This document shows, in pieces, positions 26,735 to 35,868 of a stretch of 64,000 nucleotides of DNA. The translations under genes and the position numbers were made by a program. The DNA lies in sequence record NC_042018.1. One strand, written 5' to 3'. Under the pieces are notes generated by a model. That model was not told the DNA's origin and did not search any database. It was given only the letters and a program-made list of their open reading frames with translations. Position 1 is the stretch's first letter. Every line of letters begins with the position of its first letter.

Positions 26735-29734
26735 TTAGCCGAACGGGTTGTCTTTATTGTCAGAAGGTTTGTTCGCATCTGGGTCGTTATCAGTTGCGTT
26801 GAGATCAAGGTCTTCAGGTTTAACCTCATCATCTTCTGTCTCTTTAGGAACTTCATCCGGATCAGTAACCTCATCATCATCAACGTTCAGTGCACTGATA
26901 TCACCGGTTTCGTCAGCCCCTGGAGTAAACGGATCGTCATCCACTTCAGTGACTGTTTCGGTACCTGGCTCTGTCAGCGGAGTTTCTTCCTCCTCCTCCT
27001 CCACACCAAAGGCTTTGTTGATTTTCTCACCCATGGTCTTGTACTTCTTATCGGCCTTGGCTTGATCCATCATGAACAGAGACAGGAATTCTGCCACGTT
27101 ACCACGCATGAAGCTCACCGAGTTGACCAGAGAAGCAATACCGCCGTTCTTACCTTCACCCACAATCTCGTCAAACGGCATCGGCAGGTTATAGCGTTTG
27201 AAGGCTTCCATGTAGAACACGGATTTAACAATCGCTTTAATCTCGTCTTCATTGTACAATTCAGAATCGATACCCATAACCGCCAACAGGTTCTTCATGA
27301 TACCCAGGTGACCAGACATCTCTTCCCAACGTTCCACCAGGTCTTTCACAGCGTCCAGGCTGTCACGCAGCTTGTTGGTTGTTTCGGTGCTGGTAGGGCG
27401 TGGGAACTCACAGTAGACATTGTTAATGAAGTCCGTAAGGATAAGCTGAATCTTCTGCGCATCGTTAGAACCTGGAATGTCTTCCCCTGAATCAGGTTTC
27501 CAGAGTTTCTTGTTATCGGCAATGCCTTTGATTAAGCGCATCATTAACGGTTGGTTAACCTCAGCATGCTTACGCTGGAAGTCAATCAAGCCTTCTGCAA
27601 ACAGCTCCTGCCAGTTTACAACCTGATTAAGAATCATCTGGTGTTCAGCCAGTGCCTCAATCTGGAAGTTGTTCTGGTCATCACTGACGTCCAACCAGGA
27701 ACGGGGTAAAGAGAAGTAGTTTGCGATGTCGTTCATTACCTTCTGACGACTCTGGTCATCAACCGGTTTAAAGTTCCCTTTGTCCATCTGCGACATTTCA
27801 ATATCCGGTGCCGCGATGTTCGGGTTCTCGCCTGGGTTGATTTTCACCGTCAGGGATTGTTCACGCAAGGCATCAACAATCTGAGGAACAGACAACTGTG
27901 CTGTGGCCAGGATACCATGCAAACGTGGGTTAGCACGGAAGTAGGTTTGACGTGCCATGGCAATGTGAGACATCGGATCAGTATCTTCTTTCTCGACGTT
28001 CACGGTCATTAAGGTATGCGGTTGTGCACCCTCAATGTTGGCCAGGGCATCGGCCAAGTCATACGCTGCCAGACGAGCAATGTGCATCTTCGCCATCTGC
28101 GTCAGGGATTGACCAGTGCCTAAACGGTTGTTGGTCTTGAATGTCATGTAGGTCATGCATTCACCCGGAACATAGAGACAGCGCACAGCCTGACGACGGA
28201 ACATACGAGCCAGGAAGATTTTGTTGGTCTCTTCATCCAAACTGACGCTGATGCTGTCGGCCTTGCCTGAAATAGCAGCACCCAGGAAACGTTTGATGAT
28301 GCTAGAGCGTGCCATGTCGGCAAATTCACTCATGTCAAAATCACACGCTTTTCCTTCCTGAACTTTACGCAAGCTGGAAATGAGATGGTTATCACTACCA
28401 ATCTTGTTCTTGTCACCAATAGACCCACCTGATTTCGACGACTGGTAGTATTCGTAATCGTTGGTGTTCTTCAGGAAGTTCCCTTCATCGTCTAACAGTA
28501 CGATGTAGTCCAGGCGCTCTGCACTGTTACCGTTGTAGTGAATAGGAATCACTGCTTCACTCGGTACATGCCAGGTAATGCCTTGACCGTATGGGGCAAC
28601 GCTCAACTGGTCCGGAGTTTTGATGTGCTGAACTTGTTGATAAGCCGGGTTACGACGCGGGAAGATATCAGACTGCAATGCTTCTTCCTGGGCCATGGAC
28701 ATGTTCTGGGTCGTGGCTTTTGGATTGGCAGGTTCGCCTTTCTTCGGAGCCTTCTCCTTCTTGTCCTTTTTATCCTTCTTATCTTTCTCGTCCTTGTTAT
28801 CGTCCTCTTCGCCATCCTCGAGGTTGTCTTTACCACCCAGGGCGCTTTTGATTAAGGAGTCATACCCTTCGGCACCGGTAACCTCATTAATGTCACGCTG
28901 ACGATTGCTTTCGCTAATCTTCTGCAAGAACAGTACCGCTGGGTTATCCGTGATGGTGATCATGTCAAAGACTTTCTGATCATCAGCATTTTCAAACTGG
29001 AACAGCGGGAACTCTTCTTCATTAATAGTCACACCGCGAGAGAACAAACTCTCAATCCCTGTTACCGTTTGAGTGGTAGCTTTCGGGTTACGGATGTATT
29101 TACCCAGGTTACGAACCAGGTAACGGTTATCCTTCTTAACGAAGTGTTTACCGATTTCTGTCTGAAGGTTTGACATGAAATCTTCGTTACCGGCAACCGT
29201 CTTCATCTGGCTACCGTTAATCAAGTAATCCAGCGTCGGACGCGAAAGGTTAAGCAAAGCGTAACTTCCCGTATTCCACAGGATGTCGTTAAGCATTTTC
29301 CTTAACTGGCGCTCGATTTTATAGTCGTTGGTGAAATAACCATCCCAGATTTTGAGCAATTCTGAGTGAAGTTTATCGTTACGCAATTGGCTGTTTTGCG
29401 TGTTGTACGTTAGGATTTTGTCCTGCTGGCCATTTGGGTACAACATCAGCGTAGACCAGATAATCTCTGCTTTATCAATGTACGGGGTAATTTGACGCAG
29501 GTCAGTCACGGCATTGATATTGTTTGAAATGATGTTACTCAGTCTTTCTAATTTTTGAGTATTAATGACATTATCAGGATTGAGCTCATTTCGTTCTGGA
29601 CTGGTGCCGTTCTTAGGGACGGCATTACGCAAAGTGTTTGCAACCATCGGATTAACGTTGCTTAATTGACCACGAAGCTTGGTAAAATCAACTTCTTGAT
29701 TTCCCTTAGTGGTGGCCCTCGAAAATCTTGACAT
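26735..29734 (-). CDS. Portal protein (phiKZ gp129 / SPN3US gp81-like)
   Basis: 999 aa on the minus strand, divergent from a virion gene, matching the conserved position of the portal. It has N-terminal G-X-E sites (AGNED, TGIES, TGAEG) and an acidic C-terminal tail. Confidence 0.65.
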   Translation of the reverse strand: MSRFSRATTKGNQEVDFTKLRGQLSNVNPMVANTLRNAVPKNGTSPERNELNPDNVINTQKLERLSNIISNNINAVTDLRQITPYIDKAEIIWSTLMLYPNGQQDKILTYNTQNSQLRNDKLHSELLKIWDGYFTNDYKIERQLRKMLNDILWNTGSYALLNLSRPTLDYLINGSQMKTVAGNEDFMSNLQTEIGKHFVKKDNRYLVRNLGKYIRNPKATTQTVTGIESLFSRGVTINEEEFPLFQFENADDQKVFDMITITDNPAVLFLQKISESNRQRDINEVTGAEGYDSLIKSALGGKDNLEDGEEDDNKDEKDKKDKKDKKEKAPKKGEPANPKATTQNMSMAQEEALQSDIFPRRNPAYQQVQHIKTPDQLSVAPYGQGITWHVPSEAVIPIHYNGNSAERLDYIVLLDDEGNFLKNTNDYEYYQSSKSGGSIGDKNKIGSDNHLISSLRKVQEGKACDFDMSEFADMARSSIIKRFLGAAISGKADSISVSLDEETNKIFLARMFRRQAVRCLYVPGECMTYMTFKTNNRLGTGQSLTQMAKMHIARLAAYDLADALANIEGAQPHTLMTVNVEKEDTDPMSHIAMARQTYFRANPRLHGILATAQLSVPQIVDALREQSLTVKINPGENPNIAAPDIEMSQMDKGNFKPVDDQSRQKVMNDIANYFSLPRSWLDVSDDQNNFQIEALAEHQMILNQVVNWQELFAEGLIDFQRKHAEVNQPLMMRLIKGIADNKKLWKPDSGEDIPGSNDAQKIQLILTDFINNVYCEFPRPTSTETTNKLRDSLDAVKDLVERWEEMSGHLGIMKNLLAVMGIDSELYNEDEIKAIVKSVFYMEAFKRYNLPMPFDEIVGEGKNGGIASLVNSVSFMRGNVAEFLSLFMMDQAKADKKYKTMGEKINKAFGVEEEEEETPLTEPGTETVTEVDDDPFTPGADETGDISALNVDDDEVTDPDEVPKETEDDEVKPEDLDLNATDNDPDANKPSDNKDNPFG

Positions 29735-29754
29735 GTTAACCTCGTGAGAATAGC

Positions 29755-32049
29755 ATGGAAAATATTGAATTAAATGCCTATATAGCGAATGTGTTTCGTT
29801 TGGCGCGCACGATGGTCATTAAGATTGAGGCCATAGCTAAACGCGATAACAAACTGCTAAAAGCCGCCGGGTACGAGGTTCTCAATGATAAACGCACGTG
29901 GCGTTATTACATGAACCTTAACGGCGAGTATCATCCCACTGATGACCAAATGAAGGTAGTCAGTATTGATACCGGCGAAGAAATTGTCTTTAATAAAGCC
30001 AATTTAGAAATCCACATGGCGACGTACCGAGAGTATTCGCTGGGTGGTTATTGGTTTAACCGACTCACTGAGCGGTATCCCCACCAAACTGATTTGATTA
30101 AAGGCATTCTGTCCCCTATCCCCTATGAGGAGACGATAGCGGCAGACGACTATAAGATTCTGCGTTACAACAGCACCTTGGTGTCCTGGAACGAAGATCA
30201 GTTGATTCCTGCCCTGCAGCGCTGGATTGACAGCGAGGTAGCGCAGACCTTTAAGAACGATTACATGATTACGGATAACCTGATGTTACCAACTATGGTA
30301 ATGAACCTCTATGCAGGGGTGATTCAGGCTATTCACACTATTCGCTTTGAAGCCATTGGCACCCGTTATGCTCACGAGTTCTATATTTGGAGTCACATCG
30401 ATTCGTTCGGTAACTTCTCCAAGTACAAGGGTTCGTTGAATGCATTCCAAACCATGTGGCTTTACCGTAACATTGGTTGGATACAAAACAACGCCGGCCG
30501 GAAGTACACGTTCGATAAGCTGTTGCAAAACCTGTTAACCGAACGCAGTATCCCGTTGGCCAAGTATGACATGGTGCTCAACACCGCACAGCAGATTAAG
30601 GATGTCTCTCCTGATCCGCAGTACCGTCATCTGTATCTTAACCTGCACGATGATTACGGCTCAACCCCAACGTACATTACCACCGAGCAGCTTCTTGAAA
30701 AGGAACGTGGACTGGCCCGTGATAACGGCGACTTCATGGATACCTATTACGAAGACGCGGTAGATAAAGGTAAGTTCAGTCTCTATTCTGAGCTGCCGAC
30801 CAAAGTGTTAGAATCAGCCATGCGGGACTTTACCAACCGTCACGCAGACACCTTGATGACCGTGGTGTATAACCACTGGGTGTACCTGGCCGGTAACAAC
30901 ATCTTCAACGCTACTATTCTGCTCACGGACCCCAAGACCAGTAAACAATATCGTGTGTCTTCCGCTGAAGCTTATCAATTGTGGAACTACATGATTGCCA
31001 AAGCCAAAGGCAAGGAATTGGTTGAAGTGCCGCTGGTGTATTACCACCGCGTGGCCAAGCTCAACATTCCGTCACAGGATTTACTGTTGTCATTGGGAAG
31101 CGATCGGTACCTGGACAAAAAGCTGGTCAATGATATTCGACGGCTGGGTGTAACTTATAGTCGTATCGTGTCTTCCGAAGCGTTACTTAATATCTCGAAA
31201 GAGGTGTACTGGAAGATGTGGGAACACAAGAAACTGTATTCCCAGTTCTACGACTTGAACAAACGTGCGCGTGTTAAGAATGCTTGTGACACGATGTACG
31301 AAAGCGGTTACATCAAACTAACGAATTATACCAGTTACCGCACGCTGATGGAAAAGTATGAGCTGGACTTCTCCGAGTACAGTGAAGAAGAGCTGCGTAA
31401 CTTTGCCTGGGATATCTTCCAACGGGTAACAGGCTGGGATTTAAACTCGAACCCGTCCTTGCGTTTGATTCAAAGCGACCTGATTGACTTAATGATGGAC
31501 TTGTCCTCATACACCATTCAGATTGTGAAGACCATGGACGATGGGGCTGAGGTTATTGAACTCCCTAACGAACCGTTTATCGGAGACAGTCTTGGGGTGG
31601 GGTTAGGGAATAACTTGACACCTGATTTCTCGGGATGCATCTTAAACCCAGTGGCGGCTATCTTGCCACGTAACACCCTGACCGCTGAAATGGTGTTACA
31701 GGATAAAACTGTACCCAAGATAGCGATGTCCTCAAAGGGTCACATTGTTCTTGAACCAGAACAGCCGTTGAAACGGGTTGACACCGGAACTGATGTCAGT
31801 GAAGCGATTCGTCTCTTTACTCCGACATACATAACCCTGTTGCCTGATGAACATCCGCTGCCGGATCCGAATGCATTCCATATTCCGGACACCGACTACG
31901 GTTCCCTGTTCACCAACGGAACTAACCCTATCCCTGGCGACACCTCAGTGCTGAGAACCAAAGACCTGGGTGACATTACCAGCAAACAAACTCCATCGGA
32001 AATTGTTTTGAGTTCAGCTAACTTAGGGACTCTGCCTTCAACTGACTAG
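29755..32049 (+). CDS. Virion structural protein (phiKZ gp128-like; possibly baseplate)
   Basis: 764 aa with the WRYYMNLNGEYHPTD segment recalled from jumbo-phage virion proteins. It is divergent from the portal. Confidence 0.6.
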   Translation: MENIELNAYIANVFRLARTMVIKIEAIAKRDNKLLKAAGYEVLNDKRTWRYYMNLNGEYHPTDDQMKVVSIDTGEEIVFNKANLEIHMATYREYSLGGYWFNRLTERYPHQTDLIKGILSPIPYEETIAADDYKILRYNSTLVSWNEDQLIPALQRWIDSEVAQTFKNDYMITDNLMLPTMVMNLYAGVIQAIHTIRFEAIGTRYAHEFYIWSHIDSFGNFSKYKGSLNAFQTMWLYRNIGWIQNNAGRKYTFDKLLQNLLTERSIPLAKYDMVLNTAQQIKDVSPDPQYRHLYLNLHDDYGSTPTYITTEQLLEKERGLARDNGDFMDTYYEDAVDKGKFSLYSELPTKVLESAMRDFTNRHADTLMTVVYNHWVYLAGNNIFNATILLTDPKTSKQYRVSSAEAYQLWNYMIAKAKGKELVEVPLVYYHRVAKLNIPSQDLLLSLGSDRYLDKKLVNDIRRLGVTYSRIVSSEALLNISKEVYWKMWEHKKLYSQFYDLNKRARVKNACDTMYESGYIKLTNYTSYRTLMEKYELDFSEYSEEELRNFAWDIFQRVTGWDLNSNPSLRLIQSDLIDLMMDLSSYTIQIVKTMDDGAEVIELPNEPFIGDSLGVGLGNNLTPDFSGCILNPVAAILPRNTLTAEMVLQDKTVPKIAMSSKGHIVLEPEQPLKRVDTGTDVSEAIRLFTPTYITLLPDEHPLPDPNAFHIPDTDYGSLFTNGTNPIPGDTSVLRTKDLGDITSKQTPSEIVLSSANLGTLPSTD

Positions 32050-32064
32050 CATTTATATACAGGA

Positions 32065-32484
32065 ATGACGATGAACGGGAACTACATTTCTTTAGATGTT
32101 GCAAAGGAAGAATATTGCATGCATCATCAATTGGTTGATCGCCGTGAGATTGACCAAGTTTCTTTACGGTGTATTGGACGTAACGAAAACCATGAGTATG
32201 TCTTTTCCGTGAAGTCACCTTTTAAAGGCCGGTTAGTAGACAGCATCTGGAATTTAGAACGACACGACGGTACACGAGTAATGGGACTGCAAGAGCTTAC
32301 GCTGCCACGCAGTGAACGTCAGCCCACGAAGCATGCTGTGTGTTATCGCTTCCGTCAGGTCACCGGGTTACCCATGCAGGAAAGCGACATTGGGAAACTG
32401 GTAATAAAGGAAGACACCATTGAAGTCATCTTCCACCCGGATTCTATGACCTTTAAAAATTACTTAACCATTAAACGTATTTAA
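32065..32484 (+). CDS. Hypothetical virion-associated protein
   Basis: 139 aa with a C-terminal IFHPDSMTFKNYLTI motif like those at 5294 and 9296. Confidence 0.55.
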   Translation: MTMNGNYISLDVAKEEYCMHHQLVDRREIDQVSLRCIGRNENHEYVFSVKSPFKGRLVDSIWNLERHDGTRVMGLQELTLPRSERQPTKHAVCYRFRQVTGLPMQESDIGKLVIKEDTIEVIFHPDSMTFKNYLTIKRI

Positions 32485-32495
32485 GGAGATGTGTC

Positions 32496-33443
32496 GTGGC
32501 CTTATCGACAAGTCAACAACAAGACCAGGACCGTTCGGAAATCCCTACACAGACCACCACCAATACTCTGTTAGGTAACCTCATTAATAAAGCGTGCGTC
32601 ACCAATCAGAAGATCGATATACCGGAGTTCACCACGTTGAACGAAGTGTATAAGGTGCGTGCGTCTGAATCGATCGGGGAAAAGAACGGTCGTGATTTCG
32701 AACTGAAATACTTCACGCTCGGCGTGCGTGGTTCTGACACCATCGGTAAAGATGCCAATGGGGTAGACATCCGTCGGGTTCTGCAACACCAACCTATCGA
32801 TGGCAACGTATTCGTTCCTATCCCGCTGTGTGTGCGTCCGGTCTCTAACGACCTGGATAACTTGAAGCGTGCTAAGCTGCGCTGCCGTGAAGTGCGTACC
32901 ATCAACGGCGTACAGTATGCGATCTACTGGGCCGGTCTGATTAAGTTCGACCGCTACGATCCGCAGCTGCTGAAAATCTACAAAGACCCGGTGTCTGGGG
33001 CAGAAGATGTGAAGAAATACATCCCAAGCTCCGATAACCTGCGTCCGGTGCCGGTTGAACTGACCAGCTCTAACACAGTGCCTATCAGCAACACCTACGT
33101 GAACGGTTCGGCTATTCTGAACTGCACGCTGTCTGCTGACGAAATCGAAGAGGTGAAGAACGCCTGCCGTATCGTGTACAACGATGCCGGTTATGCTGCT
33201 CCTAACGAAATCGCCGTGGCTTACGGGATTGACAGCACCACCGACGGTGATATCGGCGGCGGTAAGTTCATTCGCTATACCGAAGCCCTGAGCCTGGTTA
33301 TCGGTCACTTCATTACCGAACGCTCGGCCCGTGAAGCAAACAACAACCGTGAAATCAGCCTGGTGTTTGATCACGGTGCATCTGAACCGATGCTGCTGCA
33401 CACGGTTGCGTCTACCACTGCTAATGCGAGCACGAACCCATGA
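32496..33443 (+). CDS. Virion structural protein
   Basis: GTG start after aaggag. 315 aa, strongly codon-optimised, within the structural operon. Confidence 0.6.
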   Translation: MALSTSQQQDQDRSEIPTQTTTNTLLGNLINKACVTNQKIDIPEFTTLNEVYKVRASESIGEKNGRDFELKYFTLGVRGSDTIGKDANGVDIRRVLQHQPIDGNVFVPIPLCVRPVSNDLDNLKRAKLRCREVRTINGVQYAIYWAGLIKFDRYDPQLLKIYKDPVSGAEDVKKYIPSSDNLRPVPVELTSSNTVPISNTYVNGSAILNCTLSADEIEEVKNACRIVYNDAGYAAPNEIAVAYGIDSTTDGDIGGGKFIRYTEALSLVIGHFITERSAREANNNREISLVFDHGASEPMLLHTVASTTANASTNP

Positions 33444-34102
33444 CAGAAAAATCAGTGAATCCTTTTTCAGGGTTATCTGACAATCTGCATGTGCCGTTAA
33501 CCATTGGCATGTCCATGGAAGACGCGGTGAAAATCTTTAGCGCGTTTTATCTCGTGAAGGTAGATACCTCGCGCTTTAAATCATCGCAGGCATTTGTCAG
33601 TTCGTCTGGGTACATCACCCTGGAACTGCTTGATAAAACCTCAGGGGAAGTGGTGTACACGTTTGTTAACCGCATGCAGGTTATCAAAGACGAGACGCCA
33701 GTTCCTGTTCATAATCCGGCCTTTGAATTTACTAATCCACTTGAGCTCTCGACGCCAGACGTAAACTGGTTGACAGGTCCGGTGACCATTACCCATCTGC
33801 AAGAGATGGATTTTCTAAAGGACGCACTCGTAAATCAACCACAGGCTATTGGCAATTTAACCAACCCATTGCCATTCCAGCTCTCGACCCTGTTAAACAA
33901 CTACGGGGTTGTAGGCCGTTGGGTAAGTGGTACGTTGGGCGAACTTTGCACAGGTGGTTTCACCTTGCTCTATTACGGAGCAGGCAAAGATGCACCCCCA
34001 GAGTACCTGGTTGGGGAGACGGTCGACACTGTGGTCCTGATTGCGATTAATCAGGGTAGTCGACAAGGTGTCTTATGTTTACAATACCTCAAGGCTCGGT
34101 AG
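33440..34102 (+). CDS. Hypothetical protein
   Basis: 220 aa with an ATGA overlap with the previous gene. Confidence 0.6.
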   Translation: MTEKSVNPFSGLSDNLHVPLTIGMSMEDAVKIFSAFYLVKVDTSRFKSSQAFVSSSGYITLELLDKTSGEVVYTFVNRMQVIKDETPVPVHNPAFEFTNPLELSTPDVNWLTGPVTITHLQEMDFLKDALVNQPQAIGNLTNPLPFQLSTLLNNYGVVGRWVSGTLGELCTGGFTLLYYGAGKDAPPEYLVGETVDTVVLIAINQGSRQGVLCLQYLKAR

Positions 34103-34701
34103 CGCCAAAAGGAGAAGGGGTTGTCCGGGTAATTGGGACGGACCCCTCTACTACCAACATGGGTGTGACGGTCATTGACATCAACGTCATGAAGCGTGAG
34201 AAGTTTACCTTACGCTACGTCAACACCATTTTCGGGGACAAGGTTCTGCACAGTATTCCGATGCAGTTTAACGACTTAGCGGATACCGGCGTGTTAGCAC
34301 GCAGCTACGGGCTCTCACGAGCCTTTAGAGAGCTTGTAGAACTGTATGAACCTGACACTGGCATCTGTGAAGATAACTTCTTAGGTGTCTCTGCAGGGAC
34401 CTTTAAACAGCTGATACAAGCTGTATCGCTTTACCGAGAAGCAGCGAACGGGCCTAACTTCCCTATCCACTTCTCGTACGTGTTGCCTAACCTCGCCAAA
34501 GCCATTGTCGGGGCTAACTTCCGGGGCACCAAAAAGGAAGACGTTATTGAAGGGATTCAAAAGTACGATTGGCTTGATGTCGGTGAGTGGGACTTGACGA
34601 AACTCGATGAGCACTCTGCGGACTCAATGGCCATCACGTTATATCGTTGCGAACAAATTGCAATGCATTTTGGGGTTTTTAAAGATGACACAGCAAAGTA
34701 A
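34075..34701 (+). CDS. ruvC: RuvC-like Holliday junction resolvase
   Basis: N-terminal VIGTDPSTTNMGVTVID (RuvC motif I), GICEDNF (Glu), K..V near LAKAIVG...TKKEDV, and HSADSMAI (C-terminal Asp pair region). Confidence 0.8.
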   Translation: MFTIPQGSVAPKGEGVVRVIGTDPSTTNMGVTVIDINVMKREKFTLRYVNTIFGDKVLHSIPMQFNDLADTGVLARSYGLSRAFRELVELYEPDTGICEDNFLGVSAGTFKQLIQAVSLYREAANGPNFPIHFSYVLPNLAKAIVGANFRGTKKEDVIEGIQKYDWLDVGEWDLTKLDEHSADSMAITLYRCEQIAMHFGVFKDDTAK

Positions 34702-35080
34702 TGGGAACGAGGGGAACACCTCACCTGTTACTGAGGAATCAGATGTGTTAAATCATGACCAGGGATTGGAGCGTAACCTATTTGGGAAATGGACCATCCG
34801 GTTACGCAATTTGGGTGGGATTGTCGCCACTATTACAGTGTGCGCCATGGCAGTGCTGAACGGTTATACAACTCATGTGTCTGTGAGCTCGAAAATCGGG
34901 TGGCCTAGTGAACTCACGATGTTTATCATGAACATCGGTCCGATTGTGGTGGCGTTTACGTTCATGAACGCGAACAAAACCATCTCGACCATCATGCAGT
35001 TTAAGTCTGTGGCTGAGAAGCTGCGCACGAAGGCAGCAGACGTGATTCGACCTACCAAAGATGATGCACCACCTCAGTAG
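34685..35080 (+). CDS. Putative holin (two transmembrane segments)
   Basis: The likely ATG at 34685 overlaps the RuvC stop. TM1 is LGGIVATITVCAMAVLNGY, TM2 is LTMFIMNIGPIVVAFTFM, and the C-terminus is charged. It is adjacent to the spanins. Confidence 0.5.
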   Translation: MTQQSNGNEGNTSPVTEESDVLNHDQGLERNLFGKWTIRLRNLGGIVATITVCAMAVLNGYTTHVSVSSKIGWPSELTMFIMNIGPIVVAFTFMNANKTISTIMQFKSVAEKLRTKAADVIRPTKDDAPPQ

Positions 35081-35095
35081 CAAAAAAAAGCATAA

Positions 35096-35131
35096 TAATA
35101 CGCTCTGGAGGGTTTCCTCCAGAGCGTATTA
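35096..35131. terminator. Bidirectional terminator
   Basis: TAATACGCTCTGGAGG-GTTT-CCTCCAGAGCGTATTA, flanked by A and T tracts. Confidence 0.8.
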
Positions 35132-35147
35132 GTTTATGGTGTTACAT

Positions 35148-35588
35148 TTATTTTAAGTCACCAATGCCTTGTACTACAGCATCAATATTGTCGATTAACC
35201 CATTGATAGTGACTTGTCCGGCGTAGATTTTATCGTTTGCCTCGTCCAGCATCTTGGATGTACCAATCAATCTTAGTCGGGTCAAATGATAACAATACTT
35301 GAAGTCCTCCGCCGTCATGCAATCGTTCTCCAAAAGAAACTTCGCCAACTCGGGCGACAAGCGCGTCGGTGCGACAGGATTGGGGTTCTTAAGAGGAGGG
35401 ATTACCTGAGTTAATCCTTCTTTGGCATGCAGCAAGCTGTCGCGATAACTATTTATCTTTACTTGCTGCGCCTGCGCCAGTAGGTACGTGTCGGCTTCCT
35501 TCATTGACGGTCTGTCGCTGCACGCCGACAGCAGCATCGCCAACAGTAGCGTTACCGTTGTACTTACCATATTTCTGTTCAAGAGCAT
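35148..35588 (-). CDS. Outer-membrane spanin (Rz1-like lipoprotein)
   Basis: The likely ATG at 35588 has ggag about 11 nt upstream. MLLNRNMVSTTVTLLLAMLLSA|C is a lipobox LSAC, and there is a Pro-rich segment. It overlaps the i-spanin 3' end in another frame. Confidence 0.75.
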   Translation of the reverse strand: MLLNRNMVSTTVTLLLAMLLSACSDRPSMKEADTYLLAQAQQVKINSYRDSLLHAKEGLTQVIPPLKNPNPVAPTRLSPELAKFLLENDCMTAEDFKYCYHLTRLRLIGTSKMLDEANDKIYAGQVTINGLIDNIDAVVQGIGDLK

Positions 35589-35865
35589 CGTAATCTTTCT
35601 CCCGACTGTCTTTCCGATCACTGAGTTGCTGTTCCAGGAGGGTGTTACGTTTCTCCTGGGCCAAACTTGCACGTTCGATGTTGTTACCTACACGTTCCAT
35701 TTGATTGGCTACGTTTTGGAGCGTATCCAACGTCTTCTCACTGACCGAACTCTGTTTCGGGAACATCCAGCTAAGCAGCACGATACACAATATGATCATG
35801 AGCAGAACCAGTGTAGTGACCCCTCTGAGTTTGTCAGAGAATAATGCGTCCTTGAATTCAGACAT
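35449..35865 (-). CDS. Inner-membrane spanin (Rz-like)
   Basis: A single N-terminal TM (GVTTLVLLMIILCIVLLSWMF) followed by a coiled-coil periplasmic domain. It overlaps the lipoprotein gene. Confidence 0.75.
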   Translation of the reverse strand: MSEFKDALFSDKLRGVTTLVLLMIILCIVLLSWMFPKQSSVSEKTLDTLQNVANQMERVGNNIERASLAQEKRNTLLEQQLSDRKDSREKDYDALEQKYGKYNGNATVGDAAVGVQRQTVNEGSRHVPTGAGAASKDK

Positions 35866-35868
35866 AAG

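Noticed and set aside
26645-27490. 281-aa + strand ORF opposite the portal 3' end
   Set aside because: It crosses a bidirectional terminator, has no RBS, and mirrors the acidic portal tail.
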